In this document: positions 1-6,888 of the stretch, one piece after another
Numbering within the stretch: position 1 is the first letter of the stretch
Layout of the letters: the number at the start of each line of letters is the position of its first letter
Source: an uncultured virus (IMG/VR IMGVR_UViG_3300033153_005459)
Taxonomy: Duplodnaviria > Heunggongvirae > Uroviricota > Caudoviricetes
Virus record (IMG/VR): IMGVR_UViG_3300033153_005459
Strand: one strand, 5' to 3'
Length of the DNA: 20,000 nt
The notes under the pieces: model-generated
What the model was told of the DNA's origin: nothing
The model's database searches: none
The model's input: the letters and a program-made list of their open reading frames with translations, nothing else
Position numbers and translations under genes: made by a program

Positions 1-2
1 CC

Positions 3-650
3 ATAATCACCACCAACCTCATTTTGGAAGCTGCCGCTAACGTGGCGAATTGTGAGTTTGAGAACTTCCATCTAGAAGGTACGATTGATGGCTCTGTAGT
101 TGTCCGTGCCTGTGAAATCGATGACCTAATTGGTTTCAATGGACACATGATCGACAGTTTCTTGCATGGGACTATAACCCTTGGCGGTGGGATGTTGGCT
201 GAGTTTTACAACTGCTCTAGTGGGGTTGCTGGTGGCGGAAATGGTCAAACTGCCAATATTGATATGGGCGGCTCTGGTCAGGACATGCTGGTGCGCAACT
301 ACTCTGGTGGGCTGAGCCTCTCCAATTTGACCACGGTCGAAGACGTCTCGCTTGACTTTTTGTCAGGCCGTCTGATCGTGGATGCAACCGTCACGGCCAG
401 CACGATCACTGTTCGCGGGAGCGCTGATGTGGCCGACAACTCGACAGGAACAGCGAACGTCCAAGATTTGACGATCAACAAGAGAATGGATCAACTTGTG
501 GACGACTTAGAAAACCGTCTGGTCACTGTCGACAACGGCAACGGCACTGGCACTATGACCTTGTACGCCGACGATGGCATTACGGTGCTCAAGTCGTGGA
601 CGACTGTCATTGAAGGGTCCGGCGCCATCTCTGAACGGCTGCCAGTCTGA
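3..650 (+). CDS. 5'-truncated virion-associated beta-rich protein (possibly beta-helix)
   Basis: The frame is open back to the window edge (ATA ATC ACC ACC AAC CTC ATT TTG...), so the TTG start at 24 is probably not real. Gly/Asn/Thr/Asp-rich beta-strand pattern; C-terminal 'MTLYADDGITVLKSW'; lies upstream of the head-tail genes. Confidence 0.6.
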   Translation: MITTNLILEAAANVANCEFENFHLEGTIDGSVVVRACEIDDLIGFNGHMIDSFLHGTITLGGGMLAEFYNCSSGVAGGGNGQTANIDMGGSGQDMLVRNYSGGLSLSNLTTVEDVSLDFLSGRLIVDATVTASTITVRGSADVADNSTGTANVQDLTINKRMDQLVDDLENRLVTVDNGNGTGTMTLYADDGITVLKSWTTVIEGSGAISERLPV

Positions 651-820
651 TGCTCCCCGGCTTCGGACTAGACCGCGGGTCGCCTGCCACTTATGGGTTT
701 GGTGCGTCGCTAGGTGCTCTCATTCTCACCAATTTCGATTGCGCTGTTCAAACAGTTGGAACCTTGACATTCGAGCAGACCATTGATGTTTGTGAGGTTC
801 TCACTGTGGCCGCGTCGTAA
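650..820 (+). CDS. Small 56-aa hypothetical protein (MLPGFGLDRGSPATYGFGASLGALILTNF...LTVAAS), absent from the ORF track
   Basis: ATG at 650 overlaps the upstream stop (TGATG, translational coupling). Open to TAA at 818-820 and fills the gap before the next promoter-like motif. Confidence 0.7.
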   Translation: MLPGFGLDRGSPATYGFGASLGALILTNFDCAVQTVGTLTFEQTIDVCEVLTVAAS

Positions 821-832
821 AGGAATCACTTT

Positions 833-861
833 CTAAGTTGGCTTGCCGTTTGAGCCGATTC
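833..861 (+). promoter_or_regulatory. sigma28-like promoter P1: CTAAG-N16-GCCGATTC
   Basis: One of six equally spaced copies; intergenic, upstream of the RBS AAGGAG and ATG 888. Confidence 0.7.
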
Positions 862-887
862 ACTATCAGAACTCAAAGGAGATTTGG

Positions 888-1202
888 ATGACACTATACG
901 CAGGCGAAACGGTTATCGTTACGCATACGGCTTCTCTTGAGGGCACGCCTATTACCGGGCCAGAGGTGTCTGAGGTCAACATCATCATTTTCGACGCGGC
1001 TGGTAGTGTGGTTATTGCTGAGACCACGATGACTTGGGTTCTCGCTAATCTTCGTTGGGAATATGAGTGGGACACAAGTCCTGGCGCTACTCCGGTGAAC
1101 ATCAGTTCTGGAACTTACAGAGCTAAGGTCACTATTGTTGGTGTGGATCAATCCACCAACTGGGAATACAAAAGAATCCGTCTAGCGAACAACCCGGTGT
1201 GA
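888..1202 (+). CDS. Small Ig-like/BppU-like virion accessory protein (104 aa)
   Basis: A strong RBS (AAAGGAG) precedes ATG 888, favouring it over the track's TTG 843. All-beta pattern with 'WEYEWDT...GTYRAKVTI'. Confidence 0.6.
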   Translation: MTLYAGETVIVTHTASLEGTPITGPEVSEVNIIIFDAAGSVVIAETTMTWVLANLRWEYEWDTSPGATPVNISSGTYRAKVTIVGVDQSTNWEYKRIRLANNPV

Positions 1203-1210
1203 GGTAAGAT

Positions 1211-1711
1211 ATGTCTATTGATCTTGGTGATCTAATCGAATCCTTGGAGAGAGAAGTAAGCCCTCCAGGTACAGACCTCTTCCCTAACGCTGTCGAGGAC
1301 GAGTTCTTCGGACATCTGCAAGACTCTTTCTGGGAAGTCAAGCTGGATGGCATTGAAGCGTTCGACAATTACACAGAGGCTGAAGGCTTGGTTTCCCCAG
1401 TGACAGGTGTTGTTGAACTGACCCGTGATTTGCAGCAATTGGTTGTTCTGTACGCCGGTATTCGTATTGTTCGTAACGAGTTGCGTAACATCAACACCTT
1501 GTTCCGTTCTGTTGCTGGACCTGTTGAGTTCGAAACTCAACAGTCCGCTTCGGTATTGACAGCCATCTTGGCTGAACTACAGCAACGCCGCAACTTCGTT
1601 TTGACTCGACTGTCTGACATTGGGGCGGTGGACGCCTCTTACATCGACATGGTTATCACTCGCGACTTGTCTATGGGCACGAACGGTGGAACTTGGTGGG
1701 TAGGACACTGA
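1211..1711 (+). CDS. Putative head-tail adaptor/connector protein
   Basis: RBS GAGG; 166 aa, largely helical with 'RSVAGPVEFETQ' hairpin; first of the neck-gene cluster by synteny. Confidence 0.55.
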   Translation: MSIDLGDLIESLEREVSPPGTDLFPNAVEDEFFGHLQDSFWEVKLDGIEAFDNYTEAEGLVSPVTGVVELTRDLQQLVVLYAGIRIVRNELRNINTLFRSVAGPVEFETQQSASVLTAILAELQQRRNFVLTRLSDIGAVDASYIDMVITRDLSMGTNGGTWWVGH

Positions 1712-1719
1712 GGTGATCT

Positions 1720-2193
1720 ATGGCTACAACCACTGATCCAAGATCAAACGCCTTTAGTGCAGCGAAGTTCAAGGACGCTATCCGGTTTGCTATGAACATG
1801 GGTTTGCCTGACACTGCTGCTGAGCGTGTCACGTTCCGATGGAAGCCCGAAAAAACGTTCACTACAAACAGTCCTACCGGCAACCCGTATGATTTGACGG
1901 ATGCTCCGACAGCTACAGATTCTGCTGCCGACGTGTTGGTAAACGCAGCCGTCGAGTTCGTTACTCGTGCTTCTTTGGGTGAGACTACAACAATTGGTTC
2001 TTTTGAGAATCCGAGGCTGGTGGTCACGCTTCTGGATGACGAGTTTGTGACGATCACTGACGCCACGTTGGGTCTTCCTAATCAGGTCCTTGTGGGCGGC
2101 AACACGTACAACATCGACTTCGTGGCCCCTCCTATCGGTCTATTCTCGGTGACGGTTTATCAAATACACGCTACGGCGGTGGATGAATCATGA
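1720..2193 (+). CDS. Putative head closure/stopper protein
   Basis: RBS GAGGTG; beta-rich with 'NPYD' and C-terminal 'VLVGGNTYNIDFV'; follows the adaptor. Confidence 0.5.
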   Translation: MATTTDPRSNAFSAAKFKDAIRFAMNMGLPDTAAERVTFRWKPEKTFTTNSPTGNPYDLTDAPTATDSAADVLVNAAVEFVTRASLGETTTIGSFENPRLVVTLLDDEFVTITDATLGLPNQVLVGGNTYNIDFVAPPIGLFSVTVYQIHATAVDES

Positions 2194-2705
2194 GTCCAGT
2201 AGGTGGCCTCCGAGCGAGACTGATCAAAGACAATCTATTCAACCTTATTGAGGATTCGTTGACCACTGTTGGGTGGTTTGCTGCTGGCCGTCAACATGAT
2301 GCAGTAACGGTCGTTCCTGAGCCGTTGGATAATCTGATAGAGATCACCCCGAACAAGGTTGGTATCGAGTTCAAAACTGTTTCTGAGGTTAACGTTGAGA
2401 TGGGTTCGAACATGTCTGACAACACGTGGCTGGTGTTTGTTGATGTCATGGGTGAAAGCTACGATATCGGTTTGCATCTTGCTACAGATGTTAAGGATAT
2501 TCTCACGGGCCATTTCAATTCTATCGGGCGTGTGACTCCGACTCTAATCGTACTGGATTTGACTCTTGCTACACCTGTCTCGTTCACTACATGTCACATC
2601 TCAGAGCTTGAGATGGAGAAGGATGAAAGCAACCAAGAACACAAAAAGTATTGGTGGACGATAGCTTTCAACCTTGAGGATACGTACACGGATGAAACTG
2701 GCTGA
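2190..2705 (+). CDS. Putative tail terminator / tail completion protein
   Basis: ATGA overlap; 171 aa acidic protein with 'VFVDVMGES...LATDVKDIL' beta-alpha pattern; located between neck genes and major tail protein. Confidence 0.5.
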   Translation: MSPVGGLRARLIKDNLFNLIEDSLTTVGWFAAGRQHDAVTVVPEPLDNLIEITPNKVGIEFKTVSEVNVEMGSNMSDNTWLVFVDVMGESYDIGLHLATDVKDILTGHFNSIGRVTPTLIVLDLTLATPVSFTTCHISELEMEKDESNQEHKKYWWTIAFNLEDTYTDETG

Positions 2706-2986
2706 TGGCTGATCCTATGAAAGAGCTTCTTGCGAAGCGCAAGAACCGTACTTTGGCAACGATCATGAATGTCAAGGAGAAGGAATGCGACAGGTATCTT
2801 CCTCCTGAGGCGCAGGCTGCGTTGCGTAAAGTCATCATGGACACGGTGAATGACTTCTATGACGTGTGTCTGGACGTTATTCGCAGCGTAGAAGAAGCCG
2901 ATGAATCTGTTGTAGTCAATTGGGACTATATTGAACGGCGGATCGATTTGATTTACGACGCGGTGGTATACGAAGATGGCTCTTAA
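2705..2986 (+). CDS. Hypothetical helical protein (93 aa)
   Basis: TGATG-coupled to the upstream gene and overlaps the next; no recognisable motif. Confidence 0.65.
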   Translation: MADPMKELLAKRKNRTLATIMNVKEKECDRYLPPEAQAALRKVIMDTVNDFYDVCLDVIRSVEEADESVVVNWDYIERRIDLIYDAVVYEDGS

Positions 2987-4169
2987 TCTGAATTTGTTGG
3001 CTACAGCGCAGGCGGCAATTAATCGGCAAGCGAGCATCGACTTCGTTGTTGGACAACAGATAGCGCAGAGGCAGCGGATTGCACAAGCCCTTGCTCTGGC
3101 AGAGATTCGACAGGCGAGAGACGAACGAACGTATGTCAATACTCTGCATCGTGATCTGTTGAATGCTGGCGTTCGGGTCTATGCTGGTATGGCTAGCGCT
3201 GACGTGGCGAGACTGGCTGCTGCGCAGGCTTCTGAAGGCATGGTCGATGTCACTAGCCTTATTGCACAGAAGTACAGTAGACTGATCAGAGCACGCCGTG
3301 GTCCTGGTGGAGCTTTCGCTACCGCAAACCGCGAGGTAGGTAGAGAGGCTAACAGGGCTGCTGAACTCGCATTTCAGGGCACAAAGAGACCCAATTCTTC
3401 TTCTTTCCGTGCATCCGAAGGTGGTCTCAGGTTCCGTCGTTACGCTGGTGGCCAGATGTCCTTAGCGTTGCTGAGCGATAAAAACTTCATTGCTAAAGCT
3501 GATGGCCTGTTTTGGATTGTCGCTCCCCACCTTGATCTTGCTGCCCCGCAGTGGTACCGATTGAACTTCGGTGCTGGTGCTCTTGGTGCTGCTACGAACG
3601 GCAGTCGGTCGTTCCAAGTGACCTTCTTCGGTCAGAACGTTGGCGTTGTTGGTCTTGCCGCATTCAGAGCTTCTCCTACTTTCACTCTGCCACCGGGTTT
3701 CTTTACGTCAGATGGTAGTTGGACTGGACGAGTGGCTTCTGGTTCACCGAGTGGTCAAGCGTTTCGTCCAGCAAACTTCAACCGTGGACAGATCAGGGCT
3801 GAGCAGTCTTCATCTCTACAAAGTCGCGTTCCATTCATTACTCGCCAGACTAAACAGATCAACTTTGATTTCAATACGACGCCTATTGTGACTAAGGGCA
3901 TTAGGGCACAGAACTTCCTTGATGCTGGCATGGCGAGCATTGCTCGCACTTGGCCGGTTGCTCAGACTCGTGTCATTAAGGATGTTCTTAATGAGTCTGT
4001 TCTTTCTGGTGGTACTACTACTGCCATCTCTGTTGCCGGTGTGGATCTGGTAGATCAGAGACAGTTTGCTGTGAAGGTTAACACCGAGTTTGATGCAGCT
4101 ATTGCCAAGTTGAAAGCCGGTGTTGGAAGTAACCGGGTTTCTAGTGCGTTCCTCGGTAGCCTTCGATGA
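2976..4169 (+). CDS. Basic Ala/Arg-rich neck/tail-completion protein, enlarged HK97 gp10-like
   Basis: 397-aa ORF; 'APQWYRLNFGAG' and 'TKGIRAQNFLDAG' resemble the two conserved HK97 gp10-family motifs; directly upstream of the major tail gene. Confidence 0.45.
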   Translation: MALNLNLLATAQAAINRQASIDFVVGQQIAQRQRIAQALALAEIRQARDERTYVNTLHRDLLNAGVRVYAGMASADVARLAAAQASEGMVDVTSLIAQKYSRLIRARRGPGGAFATANREVGREANRAAELAFQGTKRPNSSSFRASEGGLRFRRYAGGQMSLALLSDKNFIAKADGLFWIVAPHLDLAAPQWYRLNFGAGALGAATNGSRSFQVTFFGQNVGVVGLAAFRASPTFTLPPGFFTSDGSWTGRVASGSPSGQAFRPANFNRGQIRAEQSSSLQSRVPFITRQTKQINFDFNTTPIVTKGIRAQNFLDAGMASIARTWPVAQTRVIKDVLNESVLSGGTTTAISVAGVDLVDQRQFAVKVNTEFDAAIAKLKAGVGSNRVSSAFLGSLR

Positions 4170-4186
4170 TGTTGAGCAGCATGGTT

Positions 4187-4215
4187 CTCAATTAAGGACC
4201 GCAGCAGGCCGACAT
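4187..4215 (+). promoter_or_regulatory. sigma28-like promoter P2: CTCAA-N16-GCCGACAT
   Basis: Shared bipartite motif in the intergenic gap upstream of the major tail gene. Confidence 0.65.
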
Positions 4216-4221
4216 TTCTTC

Positions 4222-4278
4222 TAGACACCAACCGTAACTGCGTACTATCGGACGCATCAAGTTTCGTGTTGAGGTCTA
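4222..4278 (+). promoter_or_regulatory. Long imperfect hairpin in the 5' leader of the major tail gene
   Basis: Nested complementary blocks TAGAC/GTCTA, CAAC/GTTG, CG/CG, AAC/GTT, TGCGT/ACGCA. Confidence 0.5.
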
Positions 4279-4312
4279 TCGTCATCATTTCTACTTAGCA
4301 GAGGTTCATACT

Positions 4313-5560
4313 ATGGCAATTCGTGCCGGACAGATCCTACACGACGCCGAAGGATTCGTAATTGATCGAATTCAGACGGCTGGTGTGGGCAACGTCAACA
4401 TCCCCGAAGAGAAGATTTTCGAACTCGGCAACTTTTTGTCTGTCGGTACCGTTCGTGACATTCCTGACTTGTCGTTCGACGTTGAGTCGTTGGATGTGTC
4501 GACAGAGATTGAAGCTTTGCTCACTCAGTTTACGCCAGACACTGCGTCTGCGAATACCGAGTTTGACTTGGGAACTGCTCATCCAATCGATATCATCTCG
4601 CCGTTCAAGAGTTCGAACACCGCATTCGACATCATTCGGGGTATTGCTATCCCGTATCTGAGTTTGGAGCGATCGACTTATAGGTTTGGTCTTCGTCAGA
4701 ACTCTACGCAGCAGCACACGCTCCGTGGCGATTCCATCTTCTACATCCCTGGTACTCCGTACTACGAAGAGCAGGTCTTTACTGGCGCTGCTACTTACTC
4801 GTTTGCGAACACAGCTATCAAGTTCAACAACTCGGGTACTGACGAGTTCGCTTTGGGTGTACATCTGTTCAACTCTGGTTCTGGAACATTCACTCGTGCA
4901 TTCCTCGGCGATGACTATACGGATACCGCCGCTGGCATAACGTTCGCTTCCAACGCGAATACGACCGCTCTGCTTGCAGCTTACGACACTGTTGCCATCA
5001 CGTATGGTTCCACAGTAGCGGCCAGCTACACGCAGACAGGAACCACGCCTTTGGGTAACCCGGTTCATCAGACTTCTTCGGTTAAGCCTTCTACTGTTCG
5101 TGGTAAGGACATCGACGTGTACATCGCTACACCGAGCGCTACAGAAACGTTTACTCGTTGGTCTGGCGTTCAGTCGTTCGAAGTAACTCGTTCGGTCAAC
5201 ATCGAGAACGACGAAGAGTTCGGCAACAGCCGCTTCGTTGACTCGGGCTTCGACACTGCTGAGGTCACTGGTTCAATCACGGTCAAGCCGGAAAACCCGA
5301 CTGACCTGTTCGACAAGATTTACGAAGTCACCGACGTGCCAACAACCGAGGTTGTAGGCCCCAACGTCTCGGCGTTGATCCCGGTAGAACTACGTGTATC
5401 CGACCCGGACACCGGAACCGTCCTAAAGACGTTGTACATCCCTGACGCCAAGTTCACAGTACCCGGCGTACAAGGCAGAATCCAGACCAAGCTTGAAGTC
5501 ACATTTAACTTCACATCGGAAGGCGGAAGCCTTTTGGTCTACGAAGGTAGCCGTGTCTGA
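4313..5560 (+). CDS. Major tail (tube) protein
   Basis: 415 aa, Thr/Ser/Gly-rich; tail-tube-like segments ('RIQTAGVGNVNIPEEKIFELGN', 'EVTGSITV', 'EVTFNFTS'); followed by terminator, chaperone pair and tape measure. Confidence 0.8.
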   Translation: MAIRAGQILHDAEGFVIDRIQTAGVGNVNIPEEKIFELGNFLSVGTVRDIPDLSFDVESLDVSTEIEALLTQFTPDTASANTEFDLGTAHPIDIISPFKSSNTAFDIIRGIAIPYLSLERSTYRFGLRQNSTQQHTLRGDSIFYIPGTPYYEEQVFTGAATYSFANTAIKFNNSGTDEFALGVHLFNSGSGTFTRAFLGDDYTDTAAGITFASNANTTALLAAYDTVAITYGSTVAASYTQTGTTPLGNPVHQTSSVKPSTVRGKDIDVYIATPSATETFTRWSGVQSFEVTRSVNIENDEEFGNSRFVDSGFDTAEVTGSITVKPENPTDLFDKIYEVTDVPTTEVVGPNVSALIPVELRVSDPDTGTVLKTLYIPDAKFTVPGVQGRIQTKLEVTFNFTSEGGSLLVYEGSRV

Positions 5561-5585
5561 TAGTTGATAGGTAATCAAGTTGCAT

Positions 5586-5616
5586 GGGCCTCCCTTCGGG
5601 GAGGCTCTTTGCTTTC
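5586..5616 (+). terminator. Intrinsic terminator after the major tail gene
   Basis: GGGCCTCCC-TTCG-GGGAGGCTC: 9-bp stem (one G-U) with a cUUCGg tetraloop, followed by TTTGCTTTC. Confidence 0.85.
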
Positions 5617-5649
5617 TCAAACCTTTGTAACTGTCCATAGATTGTCTTT

Positions 5650-5678
5650 CTTAGTCACCCGCCACCTTCTTCCGATGT
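5650..5678 (+). promoter_or_regulatory. sigma28-like promoter P3: CTTAG-N16-TCCGATGT
   Basis: Shared motif immediately downstream of the terminator, where re-initiation would be needed. Confidence 0.6.
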
Positions 5679-5736
5679 GTTAAACTAGGAGCTAGGACGC
5701 TTGAAGGAAACTTTGAGCAACATGGGAGTTTAGTAT

Positions 5737-6489
5737 ATGACTAAGAGACGTAGGCTTTCTGACCTTTACGTTGTCGGAGAGGAAGTAACATTCGAGGACC
5801 CTGAAGGCGACCCGATCGTCGTATGGGTACAGAAGCTCAGTCCGGTACAGCACGAATCTGTACTCCGTGACTCTGGTGCTGCTCGTGCCCCTATTTTGGC
5901 GTTGAAGCGTTTGCCTGTAGGGCATGATGATCTTGACCCGTATGAGAGCGAGCTTGAAGAGAGCCTTAGGCAGCTTTCTGTTGCTGAGATTTTAAGCGCC
6001 AAGAAAGAAGGGACGATCCGTGCAGCGAAAGAAGATGAGGTCGCTGCTGAGGACGAGTGGGACAAGGAGAACTATCTCCAGTCTCTCACTGACGCGTGGC
6101 AAGACCCTTTGATGGCAGAGTGGGCCAAAGACAATGAGCATGTTGAAGCGAAGCGAGTCCATGACGAACTTGAGCGTTTCAATGAGCAGGTTGAGAAGAA
6201 GGTCAAGGGCGAGATGCGGCATGTTCTCAAGGATTATGAGAATATGGATAAGGAAGAAGCTCATCTTGAGGCTCTGCATCAAATCATCGACTTTGCTTCT
6301 GATGTTCGTTGGATGACTGAGTATCGTCGTCAGGAAGTGTATTACGCTGTGCGTGTGTCTGAAGATAAACGTCGTGAACTGTACTTCGATGGAGTTGAGG
6401 AAGTCGGAGAACTTTCTACAACTGTGTTCCAAAGGCTTTTGAAGACGTTCCAAAATCTTGCTGTGAATCCTCTAGAAGTAAAAGGCTGA
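5737..6489 (+). CDS. Tail assembly chaperone (gpG-like)
   Basis: RBS GGGAG; acidic helical 250-aa protein between major tail and tape measure; ends ...NPLEVKG*. Confidence 0.75.
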   Translation: MTKRRRLSDLYVVGEEVTFEDPEGDPIVVWVQKLSPVQHESVLRDSGAARAPILALKRLPVGHDDLDPYESELEESLRQLSVAEILSAKKEGTIRAAKEDEVAAEDEWDKENYLQSLTDAWQDPLMAEWAKDNEHVEAKRVHDELERFNEQVEKKVKGEMRHVLKDYENMDKEEAHLEALHQIIDFASDVRWMTEYRRQEVYYAVRVSEDKRRELYFDGVEEVGELSTTVFQRLLKTFQNLAVNPLEVKG

Positions 6490-6839
6490 GCGGCGACTCG
6501 CATTTTCTTACCTTGGTCGCAGCAGCTAAAGCAGGTGGCGATGGTAGGGCGTTGTTGCCGCATGGTATCGCATCCATAGAAGATTTGCCTTGGGACCTAG
6601 CGCGTGGCATTGACCATGCTCATAGAATTTTGTCTTGGCAGGAAAACCTTTCGAAGGAAGAGCAACCACCCAAGTGGATGTGGCCTCACGACGATGAGTT
6701 GGTGGTTTGGTTTGATGAGGTACGAATGATTCGTGAAGAGAAATATGGTGGCGGAAATGATGGTGGAAGTGACAGAGATGACAGTCCGATGGAAGGAATG
6801 ATGGGCAACGAGATGGCTGACGCTAAAAGGCGGGGCTGA
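6480..6839 (+). CDS. Tail assembly chaperone extension (gpT-like), probably reached by -1 frameshift
   Basis: The -1 frame is open from 6399 to 6839 and overlaps the upstream stop. No RBS before TTG 6513. Candidate slip at GTA AAA GGC (6478-6486). Confidence 0.7.
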   Translation, partial: KRLSGDSHFLTLVAAAKAGGDGRALLPHGIASIEDLPWDLARGIDHAHRILSWQENLSKEEQPPKWMWPHDDELVVWFDEVRMIREEKYGGGNDGGSDRDDSPMEGMMGNEMADAKRRG

Positions 6840-6851
6840 TCTCTCCGATAG
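6823..6851 (+). promoter_or_regulatory. sigma28-like promoter P4: CTAAA-N16-TCCGATAG
   Basis: Closest match to the TAAA/CCGATA consensus; upstream of the tape measure gene; -10 box flanked by an 8-bp inverted repeat. Confidence 0.7.
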
Positions 6852-6888
6852 GAGATCAGGGATTGGCTTTAGGGAATAGTGAGCAAAA

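Noticed and set aside
843..887. Track's TTG start and N-terminal extension for the 843..1202 ORF
   Set aside because: It overlaps promoter-like motif P1, and ATG 888 has a strong RBS.
2594..3139. 181-aa minus-strand ORF
   Set aside because: Antisense to three tightly coupled + strand genes; no recognisable motif.
4337..5068. 243-aa minus-strand ORF
   Set aside because: Antisense shadow of the major tail gene with no domain features.
6485..6502. Possible frameshift-stimulating hairpin (GCTGAG...CTCGC)
   Set aside because: Only about 5 bp with a bulge and too close to the slip site to support a claim.
6785..6792. Extra TCCGATGG near the tape measure start
   Set aside because: Inside coding sequence, and the -35 position reads GGAA, which does not match the motif.
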